A stretch of 64,000 bases of DNA, taken from Gemmatimonadales bacterium (GTDB taxonomy: Bacteria > Gemmatimonadota > Gemmatimonadetes > Gemmatimonadales > GWC2-71-9). The first letter of the stretch is position 1. Each line of letters opens with the position of its first letter. The notes under the pieces were generated by a model. That model ran no database searches. It was not told the DNA's origin and saw nothing but the letters and a program-made list of their open reading frames with translations. Shown piece by piece: positions 37,058 through 47,103 of the stretch. The DNA is taken from positions 486 to 64,485 of the forward strand of contig DATEGE010000194.1 of the NCBI GenBank assembly GCA_035280265.1, in the 5' to 3' direction. A program made the translations under genes and the position numbers.

Positions 37058-38619
37058 CCGGCGGTCGATCGCACGGCCAGCGCCTGACGATACAGCGCGA
37101 GGTACTGCGTGGCGGAGCGATCCCAGCCGAACTGCTGCGCCATGGCGGCCCGAACCATTTTCTTCCAGCCAGTCCGATCGGCGTACTCATCCACGGCGCG
37201 ACGCACGGCCTGCTGCAGCGCCGCCGGCGTGTACTCGTCGAACAAGAACCCGGTCACACCGTCGATGATGCTATCGGAGAGGCCGCCCACGCGGCGGGCG
37301 ACGGGAACCGCACCGTAGCGCTGGGCGCGCATCTGCGTGAGCCCGCACGGCTCGTACAGGGAGGGCATCAGCAGGGCATCGGCGCCGGCCAACAGGCGAT
37401 GCTCGACGTGATCGGTGAACATGAACTCGACCGCCATGCGATCGGGAGCGCTGGCGGCGAGCTCGCCGAGTGCCTCGTGATAGCGATGCTCACCCGCGCC
37501 GAGGAAGACGAACTGCGCGTTGGTGCTCGACAGCAGATCGGCCCCGAGCACGAGGTCCAGCCCTTTCTGCGTCACCATGCGCGCGCTCATGCCGAACAGC
37601 GGTGTGTTCGGCTCCTCGGCCAGCCCGTAGGCATGCTGTAGCGCCGCCTTGCAACGCCGCTTCCCCGCCAGGTCGTCGCTCGAGAAGTGCTCCGGGAGCT
37701 CCAGGTCAGTCGCCGGATTCCAGAGCACCGGATCGATGCCGTTCAGGATTCCGACGAGGCGGTCTCCCATCGCGGTGAACGTGTCGTGCAGGCCGAACCC
37801 GCCTTCCGGAGTGCACAGCTCACGGGCGTGCGTGGGGCTCACCGTCACGGCGACGTCCGAGCAAGCCAGCGCGCCCTTCAACATGTTCATCCGGCCGTAC
37901 CATTCGAACACGCGCGGATTGTAGAGTTCCGGAGCGAAGCCCAAGCCCGCGACGGTCTCGGGGGAAAAGTGTCCTTGGAATCCGGCGTTGTGCACCGACG
38001 TCACGACCGCGAGACGGCTGTAGAACGGCTGGTCCGCGAAGGTGGTGCGCAGGTAAACCGGGGCCAGCGCAGTGTGCCAGTCGTGGGCGTGCAGCAGTTG
38101 CACGTCGGGCGCGAGCTCGGGGAGCGCGGTAAGCGCGGCGAGACAGAAGAACGCGAACCGCTGCGCGTTGTCCGGATAGTCGGCGCCGTTGTCGCCGTAG
38201 ATCCCCGCGCGATCGAAGAAATCGGGATGCTCGATGAAAAAGACTCGGGGCCCGGGACCCGGCGTTGGAACCTGGTACAGCCAGGCTCGCTCCGTGTGCC
38301 CCCCCAGCGTCAAAGTGAGCGTGTGTCCAGTGCGTTCGAGCGACGGCGTGGTCTCCCGCACCAGCTGGTACAGGGGCATGATCACCGTGGTGCGGTGACC
38401 GGCGGCGGCCTGGAACGTCGCCAACCCGGCGACCGCCTCACCCAGCCCACCGGTGCGGGCGAACGGCCAGTACTCGGCGGTCAAGTGGACGACGCCGAGC
38501 CGCTCCGTCTCGGAGGGCTGTCGCGGCGCCGTGGAGGCCGCGCCCCGGCGCGGACGCGTGGTCCGCTCGCGACGGGGTTTCGGTGCCGGTGGTGTGGTCG
38601 CGCCCATCTGGTCCTCCAC
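37054..38619 (-). CDS. glgA: glycogen synthase (GT5) with ~45-aa basic N-terminal extension
   Basis: VVHLTAEYWPFARTGGLGEAVAGL and the remaining GT5 architecture. Confidence 0.85.
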   Translation of the reverse strand: MEDQMGATTPPAPKPRRERTTRPRRGAASTAPRQPSETERLGVVHLTAEYWPFARTGGLGEAVAGLATFQAAAGHRTTVIMPLYQLVRETTPSLERTGHTLTLTLGGHTERAWLYQVPTPGPGPRVFFIEHPDFFDRAGIYGDNGADYPDNAQRFAFFCLAALTALPELAPDVQLLHAHDWHTALAPVYLRTTFADQPFYSRLAVVTSVHNAGFQGHFSPETVAGLGFAPELYNPRVFEWYGRMNMLKGALACSDVAVTVSPTHARELCTPEGGFGLHDTFTAMGDRLVGILNGIDPVLWNPATDLELPEHFSSDDLAGKRRCKAALQHAYGLAEEPNTPLFGMSARMVTQKGLDLVLGADLLSSTNAQFVFLGAGEHRYHEALGELAASAPDRMAVEFMFTDHVEHRLLAGADALLMPSLYEPCGLTQMRAQRYGAVPVARRVGGLSDSIIDGVTGFLFDEYTPAALQQAVRRAVDEYADRTGWKKMVRAAMAQQFGWDRSATQYLALYRQALAVRSTAG

Positions 38620-40755
38620 TCAGGCCGTCGGGGGATCGTCCGCCGGCCGCTCGCCCCGCATTGCGGGAAGGTAGTACTCGTTGACGTACTGCCGCACCAT
38701 GCGCTGCGCGGTGAAGCGCGCTCCCGCCGCGCGCAGCGCGCGCTTCATCGGTTCCAGCCAGTCGCGCGGGATGCCGTACGCGTCGCGGTCGTAGAACCGC
38801 GGAACGACCTCAGTTTCCAGCAGCCGATACAACTGCTCCGCTTGGGCCGCGTCGTCCCCGTCCGGGATCGCCCAGCCGTTCGTGCCATCGTAACCCTCGG
38901 CCCACCAGCCGTCCAGCGTGCTGAGCTGGGGCACGCCGTTCAAGGCAGCTTTCATGCCGCTCGTGCCGCAAGCCTCGAGCGGGGGGCGGGGCACGTTCAG
39001 CCACAGGTCCACGCCCTGCGCCAGTTGGTGAGCCACGTGCATTTCGTAGTCTTCGATGAAGGCGATCCGCCCCTCGAAGCGAGCCTCCCGAGTGTGACTG
39101 TACACGCGCTGCAGGACTTGCTTGCCGGGCTCGTCGCCGGGATGCGCCTTCCCAGCGAAGATGATCTGCACCGGGCGCCAGGGGTTCACGAGGAGGCGTT
39201 GCAGCCGATCCGGATCGCGGAAGATCAGGTCCGCCCGCTTGTATGTCGCGAAGCGACGGCCGAACCCGATGGTCAGGGCGTCCAGGTCGAGCAGCGTCCC
39301 CGCCCCCACCAGGTGCAGGGCCTCCTTCCACTGGTCCGCCCAGCGACGCCGGGCCTGCTCCCGGATGCTTCGCATCAACGATGCCTTGAGCTCGTTGTGC
39401 ACTCTCCAGAGGGCAACGCCGTCCAGCTCGAGCACTCGGTCCCAGAACGCGGGGTCGTCGACCCGTCCCAGCCAGTCGGGCCCGAAGTGCGAGTCGAATA
39501 GCATCATGACGGGAGCGGCCATCCATGTGGCGACGTGGACACCGTTGGTGACGTAGCCGATCGGCACCCGGTCGACCGGACGATCGGGCCAAAGCGGCGC
39601 CCAGATGCGGCGCGACTCCTCGCCATGACGCCGTGCCACGCCGTTGACTCTCGCCGACAGTCGGATCGCGAGGACCGGCATGTGAAAGCGACCGTGATCC
39701 TGGGTGGGATGATGCCCCAACTGCACCACGGCGTCCCGGCTGACGCGCAGCTCTTGCCAGATCGGCCCGGTACAGTGCTCGAGCTGTTCGAGCGAGAAGG
39801 TGTCGTGTCCCGCTGGCACAGGGGTGTGGGTGGTAAACAGACTCGCGGCGCGGACCAAGCGCACCGCCTCCTCGAGCGGCGTGCCGTGCGTGACCAGCTC
39901 GCGCACGCGCTCCAGCAACATGAAGGCGGCGTGTCCCTCGTTCGCGTGCCAGGCCGCTGGGTCGACCCCGAGCGCGCGCAGCACGCGCACACCGCCAACG
40001 CCGAGGACCCATTCCTGACGCAGTCGTAGCTCCGGCCCGCCGGCGTAGAGCCGGTTCGACAACCCGCGGTCATCCGGATCGTTCTGATCGAGATCGGTGT
40101 CGAGGAGGTACACGGGGACACGGCCGACCATGACCCTCCAGGCCCCGACGCTCACCTGACGGCCGGACATCCGCACGGTGGCGAGACAGGGATCGCCCTT
40201 CGGCCCGCGCACCGGCTCGATCGGCGTCGCCGTGACGTCGAAGCGTTCCTCCGCGTCCTCTTGCCAGCCATCGAGCCGGAGCCGCTGGTCCGAGTAGCCT
40301 TTCGTGTAGAATAGCCCGACGCCGACCAACGGCACACCCAGGTCCGAAGCCGTCTTGCACTGGTCGCCGGCGAGCACGCCGAGGCCGCCGGAATAGATGG
40401 GCACTGAGGCGTGGAGCCCGAATTCGGCGCAGAAGTAGGCGACGGGGCGCTGGAGGAGATCCGGATGGGCCGTCGCGAACCAGGTGCCGTCGGCGGTTGC
40501 GTCGCGCGCGGCGGCGTCCGCGACGGTGTCGTACAGCCGCAGGAACTCCGCGTCCGCCGCGCAGGCCGCGAGCCGCGCGGCATCGACACGTCGCAACAGC
40601 TCGATGGGATTATGGCGGATGAGATGCCACAACGCCGGATCGATGGAGCGAAACAGCGCCCGGGCGTTGCGGTTCCAGCTCCACGACAGATTGGCCGCGA
40701 CCGCGGCCAGTCCGGCGATGCGTTCTGGGAGCCGTGGTGACGTCACGGCGGTCAT
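38620..40755 (-). CDS. glgP: alpha-glucan phosphorylase (GT35)
   Basis: 711 aa with the PLP-lysine segment EACGTSGMKAALNG and typical GT35 blocks. Confidence 0.85.
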   Translation of the reverse strand: MTAVTSPRLPERIAGLAAVAANLSWSWNRNARALFRSIDPALWHLIRHNPIELLRRVDAARLAACAADAEFLRLYDTVADAAARDATADGTWFATAHPDLLQRPVAYFCAEFGLHASVPIYSGGLGVLAGDQCKTASDLGVPLVGVGLFYTKGYSDQRLRLDGWQEDAEERFDVTATPIEPVRGPKGDPCLATVRMSGRQVSVGAWRVMVGRVPVYLLDTDLDQNDPDDRGLSNRLYAGGPELRLRQEWVLGVGGVRVLRALGVDPAAWHANEGHAAFMLLERVRELVTHGTPLEEAVRLVRAASLFTTHTPVPAGHDTFSLEQLEHCTGPIWQELRVSRDAVVQLGHHPTQDHGRFHMPVLAIRLSARVNGVARRHGEESRRIWAPLWPDRPVDRVPIGYVTNGVHVATWMAAPVMMLFDSHFGPDWLGRVDDPAFWDRVLELDGVALWRVHNELKASLMRSIREQARRRWADQWKEALHLVGAGTLLDLDALTIGFGRRFATYKRADLIFRDPDRLQRLLVNPWRPVQIIFAGKAHPGDEPGKQVLQRVYSHTREARFEGRIAFIEDYEMHVAHQLAQGVDLWLNVPRPPLEACGTSGMKAALNGVPQLSTLDGWWAEGYDGTNGWAIPDGDDAAQAEQLYRLLETEVVPRFYDRDAYGIPRDWLEPMKRALRAAGARFTAQRMVRQYVNEYYLPAMRGERPADDPPTA

Positions 40756-41459
40756 CGACTGCTCGCGGTCCGGAGGCCGAGCGCCCCGTTCAGCCAGCGA
40801 ACCAGGGGGAGCAACTGCCCGAAGTCCTGCTCGAGTTGCGCCCCCAGCCTGGCGCTCGTCACCTGAGAGTCGCGGAGCGCCCGCCCGGCGGTGAACGACT
40901 GGTAGCGAAGCCAGCGGGCGGCGGGGTGAGTCTCGGGAAAGCCTCGCGGCATGCGCGTCAGCATCGCCTCGTCATCCAGTCCGCCGTAGTGGCGCAGGAA
41001 GCCCGGCTCCCGCACCACACGCTCGAACGCCGCGGTGCGCTCGGCGATGGCATCGCGCACGCGGTTGAGGATCGCACGTGGCGGCATCCAGATGCCGGCT
41101 CCGACGAACGAGGCGCCGGGCGCCAAGTGAAAGTAGAAGCCCGCGCCGCCCCCCTCCGCCTCGCCGCCCACGCGGGCCGTCGCATCACGGTGCCGAAACC
41201 AGCACGCGGCGTGGGTCTTGTAGGGCGATTTGTCCTTGGAAAATCGGATATCCCGGTAGATCCGAAACATCGAGCGTTTCGGGTCCCCAACGATCTCCGG
41301 CGCGAGCCGCGCCAGACGCACGTCGATCTCCTCGATCAACGCCTGCATCGGGGCGCGCACGTGTTGCTCGTACTCCCCGCGATGGGCCTCGAACCAGGGC
41401 TTGGTGTTGTGACGTTTCAGCCCGCGGAAGAACTGGAGCGTGGCGATTGTGAAGGGCAT
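40752..41459 (-). CDS. DUF2461 (TIGR02453) family protein
   Basis: The N-terminus LQFFRGLKRHNTKPWFEAHRGEYE is characteristic of this family. Its stop overlaps the glgP start by 4 nt. Confidence 0.7.
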   Translation of the reverse strand: MPFTIATLQFFRGLKRHNTKPWFEAHRGEYEQHVRAPMQALIEEIDVRLARLAPEIVGDPKRSMFRIYRDIRFSKDKSPYKTHAACWFRHRDATARVGGEAEGGGAGFYFHLAPGASFVGAGIWMPPRAILNRVRDAIAERTAAFERVVREPGFLRHYGGLDDEAMLTRMPRGFPETHPAARWLRYQSFTAGRALRDSQVTSARLGAQLEQDFGQLLPLVRWLNGALGLRTASSR

Positions 41460-41567
41460 AGGGTGTATGTTTCATGGGCGGCGCGTACGTTAACCCACGA
41501 GAGGCAATGAATCCACCGCGCCCGCGGCGGACGTATCTTGAGAACGGCGTTTCCGGAGGATAGACCC

Positions 41568-42218
41568 GTGTTGCTGAAGCGACTGGCGGTCGTGTGGGCG
41601 GGCGGCATGCTTTTGACTGGCGTGGCGGCGGCGCAAGTGCCGGCGTTCGCGGCCGAATCGCGCGGGCCGGCGGCCCCCGGGACGCGGATCGCCGTCCTGG
41701 CGGGAGGCTGCTTCTGGGGCGTGGATGCCGTGTTCAAGCACGTGAAAGGCGTGTCGCGCGTGGTGTCCGGCTACGCCGGCGGAAACGGCACCACGGCCAC
41801 GTACGACGTCGTGAGCAGCGGCGCCACGGGACACGCGGAATCGGTCCAGATCACGTACGATCCGAGTCAGATCTCCTACAGTCGACTGCTCCAAGTTTTC
41901 TTTTCGGTCGCGCACGATCCCACCGAGCTGAACCGTCAGGGCCCTGACGTCGGCACCCAGTACCGCTCGGCGATCTTTTACGGGGACGACGATCAGAAGC
42001 AGACCGCGCTGCGCTATATCGATCAGCTCAGTAAGGCGAAGGTATTTCCGCGTCCGATCGTGACGGAGGTAGCGGCGCTCCAAGGCTTTTATCCGGCCGA
42101 GGAGTATCACCAGGACTTCCTGGCCAAGCACCCCTACTATCCGTACATCGTCTTCAACGATCTGCCCAAGCTGAAGGCACTCGAGAAGCAGTTCCCCTCG
42201 CTCTATAAGAAGCAGTAG
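41568..42218 (+). CDS. msrA: peptide-methionine (S)-S-oxide reductase, exported form
   Basis: Active-site GCFWG, and a signal peptide if GTG 41568 is used (GGAGG 8 nt upstream). The track start is 41538 (TTG). Confidence 0.85.
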   Translation: MLLKRLAVVWAGGMLLTGVAAAQVPAFAAESRGPAAPGTRIAVLAGGCFWGVDAVFKHVKGVSRVVSGYAGGNGTTATYDVVSSGATGHAESVQITYDPSQISYSRLLQVFFSVAHDPTELNRQGPDVGTQYRSAIFYGDDDQKQTALRYIDQLSKAKVFPRPIVTEVAALQGFYPAEEYHQDFLAKHPYYPYIVFNDLPKLKALEKQFPSLYKKQ

Positions 42219-42228
42219 CGCGAGCGGA

Positions 42229-45200
42229 TTACTTCGCCGGCTGCTGCAGCAACGGCGCCCCCTGCCGCCGCAGCTGCCCGTTGAGCGCCGGCAACCCCTT
42301 CGCGACCAGATCCTGCCAGCGGCGTGCTGCCCGGCTCGCCCGCTCTCGCAGCTCCGAGAAGGCGTCGCGTGCCGCCCCGGTCGGCTCGCGATCGGCGCTC
42401 TGGACTACGGTCTCGAGGCCGCCCAGCTCTCCGCCCACCGCGTCGGCCGACCGCGCGAGGCTGTCCGCCGCCCGCTCCACCGCCGCCAGCGCCTCGCGAG
42501 TCGCGCTATCGAGCGAGCGGTTCGCCAAGCCGCGAGTCTGATCGCGCATGCCGCGCACGCTGACGCCGAGCGCGTGCTCTTGGCCCAGCGCGGCGCGGAT
42601 CTCGAGCGCCAGCGAGAGCTGCACGGCGAGCGCGGTGTCCGCGACGTGCACTCGGGGATCGAGCTCGACCCGCAGCGGACGAGCGTAGGTCTGGCCAGCG
42701 ACCGTCAGGCGGACCTCATAGTCCCCTGGCAGTACTAGTGGTCCCTGCGGCTCGGCGACCGTGCCCTCGCCGGCGATGGCCGCGATGCTGTAGCTCACGC
42801 GTGCGGTTGGCGGCGGGGCGTAGCGCAAATCCCACACGAAGCGATTCAGGCCGCCGCCGGCCGGCGGCGGCTGCGAGCGCGGCAGCCACTCGGCGGCGAA
42901 TTGCGGCGGCTCCGCGGGTGGAGCTGTCCGCTCGTCACTTGTGAACCGGCGCACCATGTCGCCCGCGCGGTCGCGAATCTCGAGCGTCACGCCGCCGGAC
43001 GGCGCCGCTCGCAGCCAATAGTCGACCACCGCTCCGGCGGGGGGATTGGCGCCGTGCGGCTCCTCGGGAGGGAGCGGCGTGTCGTTGCTCACGCTCCGGC
43101 GCAGGCGAAGGGCGGGAGCGGGCTCGAACAGATACGCTCCAGCCCGCACTACCGAGTCGCTCAGCTGACGCAGCGGGGTGAGGTCGTCGAGGATCCAGAA
43201 CGAGCGCCCGTGCGTGGCGGCGATCAAGTCGCGGCCCTGCACCGCCAGGTCCCGCACGGACGCCGCGGGCAGGTTGAGCTGCAGGGACTGCCAGTGGTCG
43301 CCGTCGTCGAAGGAGACGTACACGCCGGTCTCGGTGCCCGCGTACAACAAACCCGGACGCACCGGATCGGCCCGGACCGCCTGGACGTATGCTCCCGGCG
43401 CGATGCCTGAGTCGGCACGCGTCCAATGCAGGCCGCCGTCCCGCGTGCGATACACGTACGGCGCGAAGTCGTCGAGCCGGTGGCGATCCACCGCAGCATA
43501 CGCTACCGCCGTATCGAACGGTGACGCCTCGAGCAGACTGATGGTGCTCCACGGGAGGAGTCCCTCAGGCGTCACGTTCCGCCAGTGCCCGCCTGCGTCG
43601 GTGGTGCGGTGGATCAGCCCGTCATCCGAGCCGGCCCAGAGCAGCCCGGCGGCGAGCGGCGACGAGGCGATCGTGTACACCACGCCGTACCGCCGCGCCG
43701 CAGCATTCGCGACCGTGGTAGGCCCGGTGTCGGTCGCCGGCCGCACACCCGCACCGGTCAGATCCGGGCTTATCGCCTGCCAGTGCAGTCCACCGTCGGT
43801 GGTGCGCAGCACCATCTGCGCGCCGAAATAGAGTGCGTGCCGGTCGACGCGATCGAACACCAGCGGGGACGTCCAGGTGAAGCGGTATTTGCGCCGCGGC
43901 ATCGGCAGCGCGAAGGCAGAGATGGGCCAGGGCGAGATGTCCTGCGACTGGCCGGTGCGGCGGTCGAAGCGATGCACGCCGCCGTACGTGTCGCCGCCGT
44001 AGACGATTTCGGGGTCGAGCGGGTCAGGCGCGATGTAGCCGCTCTCCCCCGCCCCGACGGGTGTCCAGTCGCGGACGGTGATTTCCCCGTAGTCGCTGCG
44101 ACTCACGACGCCCGCAGTTCCCGCATCCTGCTGGGCGCCGTACACGCGATACGGAAAGGCATCGTCGGTCACGACGTGATAGAACTGCGCGGTGGGCTGG
44201 TTGTACCAGCTACTCCAGGTGCGCCCGCCGTCGAGCGACACCACCGCCCCCTGATCGCTCCCCACGATCATCCGCTGGGGGCTCTGCGGATCCACCCACA
44301 GCTCGTGATAGTCGTCCCCGCCCGGCTGGCCCTTCAAGACCGTGAAGCTCTTGCCCCCATCGGTGGACTTGAGGAGCGCCACGTTCGGCACGTACACGAC
44401 GTCGGGGTTCGTGGGATCGACGGTGACGCGGCAGAAGTACCAGTTGCGGTTGGTGAGGCGCGGATCGTTCCCGGCGAGCTGCCAGGAGGCGCCGCCGTCA
44501 TTCGAGCGATAGAGCCCACCTCCCGTCGCCGCACCGATCAAGGCGTAGACACGCGTCCCGCCGCCCCGGCCGGCGCGCCCGACCGCGAGGCCGATGCGGC
44601 CGACGGGGCCCGCGGGAAGGCCGCGGCCCGTGACGAGCGACCAGGTCGCGCCCCCGTCGGTCGACTGGTACAGCCCGCTCCCGGGGCCCTCGTCCGGCGG
44701 ATATTGCTCCCAGGGGGTGCGCCGCGCCTGGTACAGCGCCGCGTACACGACCCGCGGATCTTCGGGGTCGGCGGCCAGGTCGATCGCCCCCGTGTCGGGG
44801 TTCTTGGACAGCACCTTCGTCCAGCTGCGTCCGCCGTCCGTGGTGCGGAACACGCCCCGCTCGGTGTTGGGCCCGTAGGCGTGGCCGAGGGCGGCGACCA
44901 GGACGATGTCGGGATTGCGCGGGTCGACGAGGATTTTTCCGATGTGCCGTGTGTCGGCGAGGCCGACCATGCGCCAATGCACCCCGCCGTCGGTGGATTT
45001 GTAGACCCCGGCGCCATACGTGATGTCCGAGCGGATCGAGGCCTCACCCGTCCCCACGTAAATGATCGCCGGATCCGAAGGCGCTATGGCGATGGCGCCG
45101 ACAGACGCCACCGGTTGCGTGTCGAACAGCGACTGCCACGTGACGCCGGCATTTTGCGAGCGCCACACCCCGCCCCCCACGGCCCCGAAATAGAACGTCG

Positions 45201-45378
45201 CCGGGTCGCCGGGAATGCCCGCCACCGCCAACACCCGGCCGCCGCGATGGGGCCCGATGAGCCGCCAGCGCAGCGCGCCGTACGCCGCGGGCGGGATGGC
45301 CTGAGCGGCCGCGAGCGGCACGGATCCGGGGGCCATGGTGAGCAGCGCGAGTAGAGCGGCGGAGCGAACATGGCTCAT
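42229..45378 (-). CDS. secreted BNR/Asp-box repeat protein (sortilin/VPS10-like double propeller)
   Basis: 1049 aa with a signal peptide and at least 9 Asp-box motifs (STDGGVHW, TTDGGRSW, STDGGATW, SNDGGASW, STDGGKSF, SLDGGRTW, TTDGGLHW, TRDGGLHW, FDDGDHW). Confidence 0.8.
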   Translation of the reverse strand: MSHVRSAALLALLTMAPGSVPLAAAQAIPPAAYGALRWRLIGPHRGGRVLAVAGIPGDPATFYFGAVGGGVWRSQNAGVTWQSLFDTQPVASVGAIAIAPSDPAIIYVGTGEASIRSDITYGAGVYKSTDGGVHWRMVGLADTRHIGKILVDPRNPDIVLVAALGHAYGPNTERGVFRTTDGGRSWTKVLSKNPDTGAIDLAADPEDPRVVYAALYQARRTPWEQYPPDEGPGSGLYQSTDGGATWSLVTGRGLPAGPVGRIGLAVGRAGRGGGTRVYALIGAATGGGLYRSNDGGASWQLAGNDPRLTNRNWYFCRVTVDPTNPDVVYVPNVALLKSTDGGKSFTVLKGQPGGDDYHELWVDPQSPQRMIVGSDQGAVVSLDGGRTWSSWYNQPTAQFYHVVTDDAFPYRVYGAQQDAGTAGVVSRSDYGEITVRDWTPVGAGESGYIAPDPLDPEIVYGGDTYGGVHRFDRRTGQSQDISPWPISAFALPMPRRKYRFTWTSPLVFDRVDRHALYFGAQMVLRTTDGGLHWQAISPDLTGAGVRPATDTGPTTVANAAARRYGVVYTIASSPLAAGLLWAGSDDGLIHRTTDAGGHWRNVTPEGLLPWSTISLLEASPFDTAVAYAAVDRHRLDDFAPYVYRTRDGGLHWTRADSGIAPGAYVQAVRADPVRPGLLYAGTETGVYVSFDDGDHWQSLQLNLPAASVRDLAVQGRDLIAATHGRSFWILDDLTPLRQLSDSVVRAGAYLFEPAPALRLRRSVSNDTPLPPEEPHGANPPAGAVVDYWLRAAPSGGVTLEIRDRAGDMVRRFTSDERTAPPAEPPQFAAEWLPRSQPPPAGGGLNRFVWDLRYAPPPTARVSYSIAAIAGEGTVAEPQGPLVLPGDYEVRLTVAGQTYARPLRVELDPRVHVADTALAVQLSLALEIRAALGQEHALGVSVRGMRDQTRGLANRSLDSATREALAAVERAADSLARSADAVGGELGGLETVVQSADREPTGAARDAFSELRERASRAARRWQDLVAKGLPALNGQLRRQGAPLLQQPAK

Positions 45379-45429
45379 GGAGTGGAAGATGCCCTACGCG
45401 GACGAGCGCCGCGAGTCGCACATCTCCCA

Positions 45430-45469
45430 TGTCGCATTCCCGCCCTGCCGTGCCGCAAAATCACCCTAG
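45430..45469 (+). promoter_or_regulatory. tandem 21-bp-phased motif pair upstream of the coiled-coil gene
   Basis: TGTCGCATTCCCGCCCTGC cg TGCCGCAAAATCACCCTAG. The proximal copy ends 79 nt before ATG 45549. Confidence 0.5.
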
Positions 45470-45548
45470 AGCCGCGTCGTGGGGCGGCTCAGATTACCAC
45501 GGGGATCGCTGCACCAGTCTCCCACACCTACTCGGGGAGCGAAGCATC

Positions 45549-45896
45549 ATGTCATCGGGAAGCGTCCAGATCATCGTCGCCGTGATCGGCGTCGCCGGCT
45601 CGATCGCCGTCGCCTACATCACTACCGGCGCCACGTTCGAGGCCAAGCTGAGAGCGAACGCAGCGAGCATCCACCAGCTGCGTGATTCAGTTCGGGGCGT
45701 CGCGACCCAGCTCGGCGGGCAGGTGCGCCATGCGGAAGAACAGATCACCCACCTCATCGCGAGACTCGATTCGGCGCGGACGGGCGTGGACACGCTCACC
45801 AAACAGGTCAAGACGGTGGGCGCGCAGGTCCAGCGGCTACACCTGAATCCCGCTGTGTTCGAGCACCTCCAGCCGCCGAGAAAACCCGATGATTGA
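45549..45896 (+). CDS. membrane-anchored coiled-coil protein
   Basis: 115 aa starting at ATG 45549 (GGGGAG upstream). N-terminal TM helix IIVAVIGVAGSIAVAYITTG followed by a heptad-like helical region. The tandem regulatory motif lies 79 nt upstream. Confidence 0.55.
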   Translation: MSSGSVQIIVAVIGVAGSIAVAYITTGATFEAKLRANAASIHQLRDSVRGVATQLGGQVRHAEEQITHLIARLDSARTGVDTLTKQVKTVGAQVQRLHLNPAVFEHLQPPRKPDD

Positions 45897-45905
45897 GGCG
45901 GTGCC

Positions 45906-46478
45906 TCACCGCGCCAACGAGTTCCAAAAGTCGAGCGTGCGCGGATCGATCGGTCGGCCGGAGCGCAGTTGCGCCCGGATCTGCAGTGCCACGACCTCGC
46001 GCAGCACGCGGTCGCGCTCGCGGGGCACCCGCCCGGCCAGTTCGGCGCGCTGCTTCGCGCGCCGCTTGCGGCCGGGTTCGAGGTAGTCCGCCAGGTAGAG
46101 CATCTTCCCCACGTCGTCCCACCCCGCGTACCCGACGCTGTGATGCCGCACGGCGTCGAGCACGCCGCAGTCCGATTCGCCCTCCAGCTCGGCGCGGTGG
46201 GCCGCAGCCGCGCCGTGCGGTACGCCGCGCGTCAGCCGGGCATCCCGCAAGGCGTCGTGGAGCCAGGCGGCGCTGAGCCAGCGGTCGCGCTCCCGGCCCG
46301 ACACTCCCATCTCCTCCGCCCAGTGCTCCAGCAGCTCGGCGACGCGCCGAATGTGAGCGCGTCGCTTGCCGCCCACGCGCGCCCACGCCGGCAACTCCAG
46401 CGTCGGCTCTTTCGGGCGGCGGAGCACGCCCAGGAGACGGCTGATGGCGCGGGAGGCGCGGCGGGCGATCTCGAGCAT
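45906..46478 (-). CDS. HD-domain phosphohydrolase
   Basis: The H...HD pattern (AAWLHDALRD) and YLADYLEP resemble YqeK-type HD proteins. ATG 46478 chosen; the track extension overlaps the DinB gene. Confidence 0.6.
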   Translation of the reverse strand: MLEIARRASRAISRLLGVLRRPKEPTLELPAWARVGGKRRAHIRRVAELLEHWAEEMGVSGRERDRWLSAAWLHDALRDARLTRGVPHGAAAAHRAELEGESDCGVLDAVRHHSVGYAGWDDVGKMLYLADYLEPGRKRRAKQRAELAGRVPRERDRVLREVVALQIRAQLRSGRPIDPRTLDFWNSLAR

Positions 46479-46495
46479 GGACGCCCGAAACTCCG

Positions 46496-47020
46496 CTAGC
46501 GGGTCAGCACCGGGAGGTACGCGATCCACGGTCCGACCGCCCCCCGATACTGCTTGGCCATGACGCGAGAGATCTGGGCCACGTGTCCCAGATCGTGGAC
46601 CACCCAAGTGGCGAGGAGCTGGGATAGCGTGACGGGACCCAGCTCGGGATGTCGACCACGCAGCGCGAGCTGCTGCGGCGTGAGGTGCCATCCCCGCAGC
46701 GTCGCCAGGTTCGCCGCGCGCAGCTCCCCGAACCGGTCGAGCAGTCGGTCGAGCGACCAGTCCGCGAAGCGGCGGGCCTGCGCGAAACGGTCGTATGGCT
46801 CGAACACCCGCGACTCCCCCGCCGTGAGGATGATTTTGGCACGGGGAACCCAGTCGGTCTCCTCGCCGTGAATCAGGTGACCGACCACCTCCTGTGGGCT
46901 CCACGTGTCGGGCCCTTCGTTCCTACCGCTCCATGAGGGTGACACTCCGTGGAGCAGGGCACGGAGGGTTGCCGGGGTTCGGGTCAACACCTCGAGCGCT
47001 GCATCGAGAGAGAAATCCAT
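46496..47020 (-). CDS. DinB-family protein
   Basis: Four-helix DinB pattern with conserved His residues (VVGHLIHGEE ... VVHDLGHVAQI). Confidence 0.7.
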   Translation of the reverse strand: MDFSLDAALEVLTRTPATLRALLHGVSPSWSGRNEGPDTWSPQEVVGHLIHGEETDWVPRAKIILTAGESRVFEPYDRFAQARRFADWSLDRLLDRFGELRAANLATLRGWHLTPQQLALRGRHPELGPVTLSQLLATWVVHDLGHVAQISRVMAKQYRGAVGPWIAYLPVLTR

Positions 47021-47103
47021 TAGATGAAAGCTATCGCCCGCTCAGTCTGGCGGTCAGCGCCCGGTGGAGTAGCTTCGGCGCAACCCGCTCGCGGAACCGC
47101 TCG

